From assembly GCA_963667465.2 (NCBI GenBank), contig CAXXDN010000002.1, positions 288,001 through 352,000 on the forward strand: 64,000 bases of DNA, in the 5' to 3' direction. The notes beneath the pieces were generated by a model. The model was not told the origin of the DNA. It made no database searches and saw only the letters and a list, made by a program, of their open reading frames with translations. The position numbers and the translations under genes were made by a program. Positions 48,561 to 57,227 of the stretch are shown one piece after another (within the stretch, counting starts at the first letter, position 1; every line of letters starts with the position of its first letter). This stretch comes from Dehalococcoidia bacterium (GTDB taxonomy: Bacteria > Chloroflexota > Dehalococcoidia > UBA2979).

Positions 48561-48690
48561 CCAGATCGCTCCAGGGTCCGGTCGAACCCCATTAGGGTGG
48601 GGGTGAGGGGGCTCGCCCAACGCAGCTCGCGACCTCGGTTGGTTGTTACGCCCCTCCGGCCGGGGCGTGGAGCGCCGCTGTGCAGCCTCG

Positions 48691-49116
48691 TTAGAACGCG
48701 CGGTGCGTATCGATACGGCCGACGAGGTCCACGTGGGAGCGGCGGTAGAGGAAGCGCCACTCGCCGTCGACGCGCTCGAAGTGGTCGTGGTAGCGGCCCG
48801 CGACGATCGGCTCCAGCGGGAGCGTGTCCGTGCCCTGGAAGACCGTGTAGTACGAGTCAGCCGAGGCCGAGTTGTTCTCCTCGTCCACATCGATGGTGAT
48901 GTTCGTGGTGACGTGCTTCGTGGCGAGCTTGCCGTCATGCAGGATGTTCGAGCGCTTGCGGTGCGCGGACACCTCCGGACCGAGGAACGACTTGCCGTCG
49001 CCGCGCTGGAAGATCCCGTGCGAGAACAGCTCGGCGACCGCGTCGAAGTCGGCGGCGTCCTGCAACTCCGAGTAGTGGAACATCAGGCGGCGAATCGCCT
49101 GCTCGCTGGTGCTCAT
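48691..49116 (-). CDS. SnoaL-like/NTF2 family protein, paralog of 46488-46958
   Basis: IRRLMFHYSELQD, TKHVTTN, GRYHDHF...WRF. Confidence 0.88.
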   Translation of the reverse strand: MSTSEQAIRRLMFHYSELQDAADFDAVAELFSHGIFQRGDGKSFLGPEVSAHRKRSNILHDGKLATKHVTTNITIDVDEENNSASADSYYTVFQGTDTLPLEPIVAGRYHDHFERVDGEWRFLYRRSHVDLVGRIDTHRAF

Positions 49117-49154
49117 CGGCCGTCCGCCCTGTCAGGCTGTCCCGGCGGGCCCCG

Positions 49155-49532
49155 CTAGCCGGTGACCTCGGTCACGCTGTCGGCGGTGGTGACGGTGATG
49201 TGGGACATCGGCGAACCGGTGTCGCCCGCGCCGTGCCAGTGATCCTCGCCCGCGGGCACGAGGGCGAAGTCGCCCGCGCTGATCACTTCCTCGCTGTCCG
49301 CGGTGCCGACCTTGCCGATGCCGGCGACGACATAGAGCATCTGGTCGCTGCTATGGCGGTGCATGCGCGTGCGCGCGCCCGCCCCGAACTGCACGATGCC
49401 GAAGCTCATGTCTTGCCCGCGGCCCGTGTCGCCGCCCGCGAGGCGCCGCGCCCAGACCTGCCCGCCCGTGAAGATCTCGGCGGGTGTGCTTTCCGATGTC
49501 TCACCCTCGGAGGACTTGATCACCTCGACCAT
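49155..49532 (-). CDS. cupin domain protein
   Basis: GARTRMHRHSSDQ, PAGEDHWHGA. Confidence 0.88.
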   Translation of the reverse strand: MVEVIKSSEGETSESTPAEIFTGGQVWARRLAGGDTGRGQDMSFGIVQFGAGARTRMHRHSSDQMLYVVAGIGKVGTADSEEVISAGDFALVPAGEDHWHGAGDTGSPMSHITVTTADSVTEVTG

Positions 49533-49651
49533 GCTGTTGCTCCCATCCGTGTAGAGCCGTCTCCGCGTCGCCGTGCGAAGCGTGCAGGCGGACGTTAGAG
49601 GCGAGGGCGCGGCGCTGTCAAAGCGCGCCGCGAATCCGGCTCGGTGCGCCC

Positions 49652-50578
49652 TCAGCGCTCCGGCAGCGTGCGCTGCAGGTAGGCGTCCAGCTCGCGCGCG
49701 AACTCGACCGGCTTGTCGCCCTGCACGGTGTGGCGCGCGCCCTCGATCTCGACGAGTTCGGCGCGCTGCATCGCGTCGACCACCGCGCGGGCGTGCTCGG
49801 CGGAGAGGATCTTGCTCTCCGTGCCGCGCACCAGCAGTGTCGGCGTCGGGATCGCGCGCGCGCACTCCCAGAGCAGCGAGGTGCGCTCGTCGGCCAGCTT
49901 CTTGCGCGCCGCCTCGTCCAGCTTCGGGCGGGGGCGGCGGTCGTTCTTCCAGGTCCAGCCCTCGTCCGTCGCGCGCAGCGCACGCATGAGGCTGTAGCGC
50001 AGGTGGCCGATCGGGCGGTCGGGGTTGAACTTCGTCGCGCGCTCCAGGAAGTCCTCGAAGCGCTCGAGCGTCTCCGTCGCCTGCGCAAACTGCTCCATCT
50101 CGACGATCCCGGCGCGCATCGTTTCCGGCGCGACATCGACGATCACGAGCGCGTCGAGGCGGTCCGGGTGTGCGGCGGCGTGCTGGAAGGAGTTGATCCC
50201 GCCCATCGACATTCCGACGAGCGTGAAGTGCTCGTAGCCAAGGTGGTCGAGGAAGGCGCGCGTGTCCTCAACCATGAGCGCGCTCGTGTCGTCCCCGACG
50301 TTCGGGGTCCAGTCCGTGTCGCCGTGGCCGCGCTGGTCGAGGGCGACGAGGTGGTAGGAGTCGCGCAGCAGCAGCGCGGCCATGTCCCAGGTGTGCGCCG
50401 TCAGCGAGCCGCCGTGCAGCAGCACCAGGTGCGGCAGGTGCCTGTTGCCCCAGTCGAGGTAGTGGAAGCGCAGGCCGTTCAGCTCGACTTCGTGGTCCTC
50501 GGGCAGCACGAACCGGGAGGGCTCGACGCCGGCCGCCTCGGCGGCGGCCGCCAGCAGCTCCAGAGGATCTCCGGTCAT
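49652..50578 (-). CDS. alpha/beta hydrolase
   Basis: LLHGG, DQRGHG, GMSMGG, HTVQGDKP. Confidence 0.92.
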   Translation of the reverse strand: MTGDPLELLAAAAEAAGVEPSRFVLPEDHEVELNGLRFHYLDWGNRHLPHLVLLHGGSLTAHTWDMAALLLRDSYHLVALDQRGHGDTDWTPNVGDDTSALMVEDTRAFLDHLGYEHFTLVGMSMGGINSFQHAAAHPDRLDALVIVDVAPETMRAGIVEMEQFAQATETLERFEDFLERATKFNPDRPIGHLRYSLMRALRATDEGWTWKNDRRPRPKLDEAARKKLADERTSLLWECARAIPTPTLLVRGTESKILSAEHARAVVDAMQRAELVEIEGARHTVQGDKPVEFARELDAYLQRTLPER

Positions 50579-50628
50579 CTCGTGCTCCCTCGGTCCGCAC
50601 GGGCAGCCTACACGGCTATGATGCGCGC

Positions 50629-51171
50629 ATGGCGACCGACGAACAGATCGCGGAACTCTTCGAGAAGCTCGAGATCGAGCGCTCGGCGATGCTCGCCTCG
50701 CTCGAGGGCATCCCGGACGAGCAAGCCGGTGAGCGTCCACCCGAGGGCGAGGGCGAGGATGGCTGGTCCGTCAAGGAGCAGGTCGTGCACCTCGCGGCGA
50801 TGGACCGCAGCTACCGCGGCTGGGTGCGCCGCGCGATCGCTGAGGACAGCCCCAACGTCTCGGACGGCCGGACGCCGAACATCCCGCTCGACATCCCCTT
50901 TGAGCAGGCGCACGACGCCGACCTCGCAAGCCTCGTAGCGCAGCTGCAGAGCGAGCGCGAGGAGACGCTGGAGCTGGCGCACACCTTCACGCCGGACCAG
51001 TTCGATCGCACGGCACGCACGGATATCTTCGGCGAGCTGACGGTCCTCCAGTGGCTGCGCTCCTACTACCGCCACGACCGCATGCACCACGCCCAGATGC
51101 TCGGCAAGGTCTCCGACTACCAGCCCCAGTACGCCCCCGGCCAGCAGGAGCCGCCCCTCCAGCGCGACTGA
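50629..51171 (+). CDS. DinB family protein
   Basis: WSVKEQVVHL, HDRMH. Confidence 0.8.
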   Translation: MATDEQIAELFEKLEIERSAMLASLEGIPDEQAGERPPEGEGEDGWSVKEQVVHLAAMDRSYRGWVRRAIAEDSPNVSDGRTPNIPLDIPFEQAHDADLASLVAQLQSEREETLELAHTFTPDQFDRTARTDIFGELTVLQWLRSYYRHDRMHHAQMLGKVSDYQPQYAPGQQEPPLQRD

Positions 51172-51198
51172 GCGCTGTCCCACCCGGCCCCCCGCCCC

Positions 51199-51336
51199 CG
51201 GAGGCTTCTTCTGTGGAGGCACAACCCCCACGCCCCACCTGGCGCGAGTGGCCACCTGCGCCCTCGATCTTCGAGACGGGCTCCGGCGGGCCGGCGATCG
51301 GGGCGTGGGGGCGCAGCCCCCACAGAAGAAACTCCG
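51199..51336. repeat. imperfect inverted repeat (REP/MITE-like type C)
   Basis: GGAGGCTTCTTCTGTGGAGGCACAACCCCCACGCCCC versus GGGGCGTGGGGGCGCAGCCCCCACAGAAGAAACTCC. Confidence 0.65.
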
Positions 51337-51439
51337 AGGGAGGGTGGGTCGGAAGAGCAGCCCTGCGAGGTATCCCTCGCGTCCACCGACCGTCCACGAG
51401 ACGGCCGTCCACGAGACGACCGTGCGCGTGCTCGTCCGG

Positions 51440-52621
51440 TTACGCGCCGTCGGCGGAGAGGATCAGCGCGCTCGTTGGGACGCCCGTCCCGGCGGTTGCG
51501 AGGGCGGTCCGGGGGCGGCGCTCCAGCTGGTTCACTGCGTCGCCGCGGATCTGGCGCGCGGCCTCCGTGATCATGCTGAAGCCGTGCAGGTAGCCGTCTG
51601 CGAGCTGCCCGCCGTGCGTGTTGAGCGGGATGTCGCCCTCGAGGGTGGTCCGGCCCTCGCGGAATAGCTCGTGGGCCGCGCCGGGCGCGGCGAACCCATA
51701 GGCCTCGAGCGACATCAGCACCATCGGCGTGAAGTGGTCGTAGAGCTGCAGCGTCTCCATGTCGCCCGGCTCCATCTCGGCCACGCGGTAGACCTCGCGC
51801 GCTGTCTCCTCGGCCTCTTCGAGTACGGACATGCTGTCGCGCTGGTAGCTGGTCATCGACTCGGTGCGGCTGCCGGTGCCCTGCGCGGCGCCGGTGATGT
51901 ACACGGGCGGACGCCTGGAGCGTCCGCTCGCCGCCAGCTCCCGCGCCTTCTCCGCCGAGACGACGACGACGGCGCTGCCGCCGTCCGTCTCGAGGCAGCA
52001 GTCGAGCAGCCGCAGCGGCTCCGAGATCCAGCGCGAGTTGTGGTGGTCCTCGAGGGTGACGGTGCGGCCGTACTGCATCGCGTGCGGGTTGATTGCGCCG
52101 TTGTTGCGGATCTGCACGGCGCAGAGGCCGAACGCCTCGGTGGTGAGGTCGTAGTCGTTGAGGTAGCGCCGCCCGAACATCGCGACCCACTGCACGGGGG
52201 TGACGAGGCCGACGGGGATGCGGTACTGCATCCCGTCGGGGACGTAGCGGCCGGCGCGCGAGCGGCTGGCCGGCATCAGCGAGCGGCGGATCGAGCGGAA
52301 GCAGACGACGACGTCGGCCTGCCCGGCGGCGATCGCCGCGGCCGCATGCACGACGGTGCCGACAGAGCCGCCGCCGCCGTGCGGGATCTCGCTGAAGAAG
52401 CGCAGGTTCTGGATGCCGAGGCTGCGCATGATGTCGATCTCGAAGAGGTCGGTGTTGGCGTGCATCTTCACGATCGCGTCGACGTCGCCAGGCGTGAGCC
52501 CGGCGTCCTCGAGCGCCGCGGTGATCGCTTCGAGGGCGAGTTGCAGGTTGGAGCGTCCGGCGTTGCGCGAGAACTCCGTCTCGCCCACCCCCACGATCGC
52601 CGTCCGGTTGCGAACGCTCAC
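51440..52621 (-). CDS. lipid-transfer protein / Ltp2-like thiolase-fold enzyme
   Basis: HGGGG, LLDCCLETDGG, YDHFTP, NTHGGQL..GYLHG, TAGTGVPTSALIL. Confidence 0.9.
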   Translation of the reverse strand: MSVRNRTAIVGVGETEFSRNAGRSNLQLALEAITAALEDAGLTPGDVDAIVKMHANTDLFEIDIMRSLGIQNLRFFSEIPHGGGGSVGTVVHAAAAIAAGQADVVVCFRSIRRSLMPASRSRAGRYVPDGMQYRIPVGLVTPVQWVAMFGRRYLNDYDLTTEAFGLCAVQIRNNGAINPHAMQYGRTVTLEDHHNSRWISEPLRLLDCCLETDGGSAVVVVSAEKARELAASGRSRRPPVYITGAAQGTGSRTESMTSYQRDSMSVLEEAEETAREVYRVAEMEPGDMETLQLYDHFTPMVLMSLEAYGFAAPGAAHELFREGRTTLEGDIPLNTHGGQLADGYLHGFSMITEAARQIRGDAVNQLERRPRTALATAGTGVPTSALILSADGA

Positions 52622-52750
52622 GCCGCCTCCCTCGCGCGCGTTGCGAGGATAGCGGAGCGGGCGAGTGGCGTGGGGGGAGACGTCACAAGGACAGAGACCG
52701 CCACGAGGGCGGTCTCGACCCTGCGGCCGGACGCTGACGGCGAGTGCTCC

Positions 52751-53650
52751 TCAGTACAGCGCGTCGAGGGGGTGGAAGCGGAACTCCGGGGCGGCTTCGG
52801 CGAGGGTTTCCGGGGTCCAGGGCTCGTCGCCCTCGATGGTCTGGGTGACCTCGAGGGGGGCGAAGAGGCCGACGGCGTTGCCCTGCACGAGGAAGGTCTG
52901 GCCGTTGATGTCCGCCGCCGCCGCTGTGCAGAGGAAGGCGATCACCGTCGCCACACGCTCCGGCTCCTGTGCGACCGCCAGCATTCGCTCCGCCGAGGAG
53001 CTGTCGAGGCCTCTCGCGCGGGCACGCTCGACGGCATCGCCGATCATGCGCGTGTGGGTGGCCGCCGGGTTCACGTTGTTGACCGTGATCCCGTAGCGCC
53101 CGAGGTCGCGTGAGGCGGAGTTGGTGAAGCCGTAGATGCCTGCCTTGCCCGCCGCGTAGGCGGAGGTCCCCGCGGACCCCAGCAGCCCGGCCCGCGAGAC
53201 GATGTTCACCACGCGGCCCCAGCCGCGCTCGCGCATGCCCTCGACGGCGCGGCGGGTGCAGTGGAACGTGCCGAAGAGGTGCACCCCGACGACGGTCGCG
53301 AACAGCTCCGGGTCCAGCTTGTCGATCGGCGCGCCCGCCGCAACCCCGGCGTTGTTGACGAGGATGTCGACCGCGCCCAGCTCGCGCTCCGCCGTCTCGA
53401 TGATGCGCCCGGCCGACTCCCACTCCGCGACGGAGTCGTAGCTGGCGACGGCGGTGCCGCCGGATGTGCGGATGCCCTCGACGACTTCGTCGGCGAAGGC
53501 GCGGTCCTCGCCCGCGCCGCGATCGCTCACGCCGGGATCGTTGACGACGACGGCCGCGCCGAGGCCGGCGAGCGCCTCGGCCGCGGCCCGCCCGATGCCG
53601 CGCCCGGCCCCGGTGACGACGGCCACGCGGCCAGCGAGGCGCGTGCTCAC
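52751..53650 (-). CDS. SDR oxidoreductase
   Basis: TGAGRGIG, VVVNDPG, NNAG, YAAGK. Confidence 0.92.
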   Translation of the reverse strand: MSTRLAGRVAVVTGAGRGIGRAAAEALAGLGAAVVVNDPGVSDRGAGEDRAFADEVVEGIRTSGGTAVASYDSVAEWESAGRIIETAERELGAVDILVNNAGVAAGAPIDKLDPELFATVVGVHLFGTFHCTRRAVEGMRERGWGRVVNIVSRAGLLGSAGTSAYAAGKAGIYGFTNSASRDLGRYGITVNNVNPAATHTRMIGDAVERARARGLDSSSAERMLAVAQEPERVATVIAFLCTAAAADINGQTFLVQGNAVGLFAPLEVTQTIEGDEPWTPETLAEAAPEFRFHPLDALY

Positions 53651-53681
53651 GGTGGGGCTCCGGTCGTGCGCCCTCCGCGCC

Positions 53682-54446
53682 CTACGAGTTGCTCTCGATG
53701 AAGGCGAGCACGCGCTGCCAGGCATCCGCCGAGGCGGTCTGGTTCTCCTCGGCGGTGCGGTCGAAGAAGGAGTGCGGCGCGCCGTGGTAGGAGATCACGA
53801 GGTGCTCGACGCCTGCATCACTGAGTGCGGCCTCGAAGCCGTCGTTGTGCTCCTTCGTGATGTTCCCGTCGGCGCCGCCCTGGATCGCGAGCACCGGGCA
53901 TGCGAACTCGGCGACGCGGTCGATCACCGGCGCGGAGTCCTCGAACCACTTGTTGGTCGGCATGCCGTAGAAGCCGATCACGCCGGCCAGCCCGTGGCCC
54001 TCGACGGCCTGCTGCCAGGACGAGGAACCGCCGAAGCAGAAGCCGATCGTGAAAACGGCGCGGTCGGCCTGGCCCTCGCGGCTGCGTAGCCTCTCGCTGG
54101 CCGCGCGCACGTCGGCGGCGACGCCGGCGGCGGTCGTCGCCTTCACCTCAGGCCAGAAATCGAAGTCCTCGCCACGCTTGCCGAGGCCGGCCGTGCGCCC
54201 GAAGTAGTCGATCGCGATCGAGTCGTAGCCGCGCTCGGCGAAGCGCAGCGCGAGTTCCTCGTAGAAGCGGTAGAGCCCGCGCACGTCCGGCATCACGACG
54301 ACGGCGGGGCCGAGCGGCTCATCGGCCAGCGCGCTGAAGGCCGAGAGCTGCGTGCCGTCCGAGGCGGTGAGCGTCAGATCCTCATGCTGAACGGCTGCGC
54401 CGGCGATGGCCGGCACGGGCGGCAGGGCGTCGAACTTGAAGCACAT
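53682..54446 (-). CDS. dienelactone hydrolase family protein
   Basis: PDVRGL, GFCFGG, GAPHSFFD. Confidence 0.92.
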   Translation of the reverse strand: MCFKFDALPPVPAIAGAAVQHEDLTLTASDGTQLSAFSALADEPLGPAVVVMPDVRGLYRFYEELALRFAERGYDSIAIDYFGRTAGLGKRGEDFDFWPEVKATTAAGVAADVRAASERLRSREGQADRAVFTIGFCFGGSSSWQQAVEGHGLAGVIGFYGMPTNKWFEDSAPVIDRVAEFACPVLAIQGGADGNITKEHNDGFEAALSDAGVEHLVISYHGAPHSFFDRTAEENQTASADAWQRVLAFIESNS

Positions 54447-54544
54447 GATGGGGTCCCTTTCAGCTTCTCAGGTGGTGTACAGCGGTCGCGCAGCACCGTA
54501 CGCGAATCGCGCTTCGATGTGAACCGATCCGGCCTCGATCCCGG

Positions 54545-55225
54545 CTACTCGTCCAAAAGGCGGCGGAACTCGTCCGCCAGCCGGGCGACCGCCGCGCCGC
54601 CGTCGGCCGGCCGCGAGGGCTCGCCCACGACCTCGAAGCGGTCGCTCTCCTCGTCCCAGCGGTGCAGCAGCGTTGCCTCGACGACGCCGTCGCGCACGCC
54701 GGTCACCTCGTGCAGCTCGGCGACGACGCGGCGCGTCGGCTCGCGCCAGTCCGGGCCGAGGCTGCGGATGTGCACCGCGTAGTCGAGCAACGCCGCGTCG
54801 GCGTCCGGCACCGCGTTGCCTTCGAGGATGATCGAGAACGCTTCGTCGATCCCGCCGGCGTGCAGCACCGTCGCGAGCGAGAGGCCGTCCTGGCGCAGCG
54901 CCTCGAAGACGCGCCGCACCGGCTCACCCCAGAGGTAGTGGGGGAAGGGTGTCTCGGCGATCTCGTGCATCACGATGTAGCCGCCGTCCGGCGGGTCCGG
55001 GATGCCGAGGTCCGGTTCCGTGTCGGTCGAGAGCTCGTGGATCGGCGTGCCCTCGGGGGCGTAGTCGAGCGTTGCGAGCATCGTGGTCGTCTTGCCGGCG
55101 AGGCGTGGGATGGCGAAGAAGAGCAGCGAGCGCCGCTCGCGCGCGGCGGCCGCCAGCGTCGCCGCCAGCTCCGGCGACATCGTGCGGTTGGCTACGAGGT
55201 CCGCGAGTCCCGGTTCCGCCATCAC
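54545..55225 (-). CDS. small P-loop NTPase, distantly VirB11/CpaF-like
   Basis: AIPRLAGKTT Walker A-like, YIVMHEI, LATVLHA, RRVVAELHEV. Confidence 0.6.
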   Translation of the reverse strand: MMAEPGLADLVANRTMSPELAATLAAAARERRSLLFFAIPRLAGKTTTMLATLDYAPEGTPIHELSTDTEPDLGIPDPPDGGYIVMHEIAETPFPHYLWGEPVRRVFEALRQDGLSLATVLHAGGIDEAFSIILEGNAVPDADAALLDYAVHIRSLGPDWREPTRRVVAELHEVTGVRDGVVEATLLHRWDEESDRFEVVGEPSRPADGGAAVARLADEFRRLLDE

Positions 55226-55301
55226 GTGCTCCCAACTTCCGCGCCGTAAGCACTGATCATAACGTGCAGGGGGTCATAACGTTCAGGGGGAAAATGCGCC
55301 G

Positions 55302-55706
55302 TCAATCGAGCTGCTGGAGCTGGACGACGTTGCCCTCGGGGTCTTCGAGCTGGCAGTAGCGGCCCCCGCCGGTCGAGGCGCCGAGCGGGACGGGGAAGTG
55401 GCAGCCGGCCGCCTCGCAGCGTGCGGCGAGCTCGTCGATGTTGCGGACGTGGATGGTGAGGTAGCGCAGGCCGGTCTGCGCGCGCGTGCCGCCTCGGGCG
55501 TGGCGGTGAGGCGGCGGCTCCGGCGGGTCGAGCAGCTTGAGCAGCGAGTCGCCGCATTCGAGGAGGTGCATCGTGCCGCCGGGCCCGGTCTGGCGGGAAC
55601 GCTGGAAGGTCAGCCCCAGCGTGTCGCGGTAGAACGCCACCATCCGCTCCGCGTCCGTAACCACGATGGCGACGTCCAGCCCCGCCTTTGCCAGTTGCAG
55701 CACCAT
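55302..55706 (-). CDS. VOC (glyoxalase-like) family protein
   Basis: VAIVVTD, FYRDTLGL, EDPEGN. Confidence 0.88.
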   Translation of the reverse strand: MVLQLAKAGLDVAIVVTDAERMVAFYRDTLGLTFQRSRQTGPGGTMHLLECGDSLLKLLDPPEPPPHRHARGGTRAQTGLRYLTIHVRNIDELAARCEAAGCHFPVPLGASTGGGRYCQLEDPEGNVVQLQQLD

Positions 55707-55827
55707 CTCCGCCTCCCCGCTCGCCGCGTGATGGTAGCCGCACCGCGCATGTTCTGCCCTCGACGCGGCGCGCGCGAGGCCGCAGACTCACGGGCGGCGC
55801 GCGAGCGCCGTACCCGAGGGAGGCGCA

Positions 55828-56799
55828 ATGTCCGGCGGAGGCTACGGCTCGGCCCACGACCACCGGCACGTCTTCACCGGCAGCCCGCTCGACCGGGCGG
55901 GGAACGAACGCCGCGACCGTGCATGGATCGAGCGCCAGCGCGCGCATGCCGGACGACGCTTCCTCGCGCTGCGCGACCTCGAGGCGCTCGTCGAGGGCGA
56001 CCCGGCGCCGACCATTGCCTGGCTCACGTCCGACGAGCTACCAGACGGCGCGCTCGCTGGCGATGCGGTCCTGCTCGGCCTCGACGACGCCGCACCGCGC
56101 TTCGCGATCGACCTCACGGCTATCGATGAGGCGGCGCTGGCCGGGCCGCTCGCCAACGGGCGGCGCTTCGCCGAGGTGCGAGGCGTCGCGCCGGACCTGC
56201 CCACGGACGACACGGCGATCCTCGCGCAGGCGCGATCGTTCGTCGACTGGCACGCACGGCATCGCTTCTGCGCCGTCTGCGGGGGCCCGACTGCCCCACG
56301 CAACGGCGGGGGGATGCGGGTCTGCGAGGACTGCAACGCGGAGCACTTCCCGCGCGTCGACCCGGTCGTGATCGTGCTGATCATCGACGGCGATCGCTGC
56401 CTGCTTGTCAGCGGGCGCGCGCGGCCCGGCTCGAACTACACCTGCATCGCCGGCTTCATGGAGCCGGGCGAGACGGTCGAGGAGGCCGTGCGCCGCGAGG
56501 TGCGCGAGGAGGCTGGCGTGGAGGTCGCAGCCGTGCGCTACCACTCCTCGCAGCCGTGGCCGTTCCCCGCTTCGCTGATGCTCGGTTGCCACGCCGAGGC
56601 CGCCAGCGAGTCGATCGCGATCGACCCGGAGGAGATTAAGGACGCTCGCTGGTTCGATCGCGCCGACGTCGCGCGCGCAATCGCCTTCGCGGCGGGCGAG
56701 GTCGAGGGCGAGAGCGGCCTCGACTTCGGCGTGCCCGCGCCGTTCACGATCTCGCACCAGCTGATCCGCGCCTGGACCGCGGAGGCGGATGGCGCATGA
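55828..56799 (+). CDS. nudC: NAD(+) diphosphatase NudC
   Basis: Zn finger FCAVCG...CEDC, FPRVDP, Nudix box, SQPWPFPASLM. Confidence 0.95.
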   Translation: MSGGGYGSAHDHRHVFTGSPLDRAGNERRDRAWIERQRAHAGRRFLALRDLEALVEGDPAPTIAWLTSDELPDGALAGDAVLLGLDDAAPRFAIDLTAIDEAALAGPLANGRRFAEVRGVAPDLPTDDTAILAQARSFVDWHARHRFCAVCGGPTAPRNGGGMRVCEDCNAEHFPRVDPVVIVLIIDGDRCLLVSGRARPGSNYTCIAGFMEPGETVEEAVRREVREEAGVEVAAVRYHSSQPWPFPASLMLGCHAEAASESIAIDPEEIKDARWFDRADVARAIAFAAGEVEGESGLDFGVPAPFTISHQLIRAWTAEADGA

Positions 56800-57203
56800 G
56801 CGACGAGAAGCAGGCGGCCTGGTTCGGCGGCGAGGCGGAGCGCCGCTACGGCTACGCGCAGGCCGTCCGCGTCGGCGACACGGTGTACGTCTCAGGGCAG
56901 ATCGCTCGCGACGAGGACGGCGCGCTGATCGGTGCGGGCGACATGGCTGCCCAGCTACAAGCCGTCTACGCCAACATCGCCCGCGCGCTCGCCCCCCTTG
57001 GCGCGGATTTCTCCAACGTCGTCGAGGAGGTGGTCTACGTCACCGACGTCGCCGCCGCCTCGAGAGCCGCGGGGGAAGTGCGGCACGAGGCGTACGGGGT
57101 ACCCAAGGGCGAGCCGATCGCTGTGGCGAGCACGCTCGTGCAGGTCGTGGCACTGGCGCACCCGGACTTCATGGTCGAGATCCGCTGCACGGCGCGGCTG
57201 TAG
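56796..57203 (+). CDS. RidA family protein
   Basis: YAQAVRVGDTVYVSGQ, VEI. Confidence 0.9.
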   Translation: MSDEKQAAWFGGEAERRYGYAQAVRVGDTVYVSGQIARDEDGALIGAGDMAAQLQAVYANIARALAPLGADFSNVVEEVVYVTDVAAASRAAGEVRHEAYGVPKGEPIAVASTLVQVVALAHPDFMVEIRCTARL

Positions 57204-57227
57204 CGCGCCCTGCCGCGAGACCGGCGC

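Larger units (their letters stand above)
47104..48595 (-). mobile_element. IS110-family insertion sequence, complete, with CT core at both ends
   Basis: Removing 47106-48595 regenerates a REP nearly identical to 15036-15074; AG (CT on minus) at 47104-47105 and 48594-48595; no terminal inverted repeats. Confidence 0.9.
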
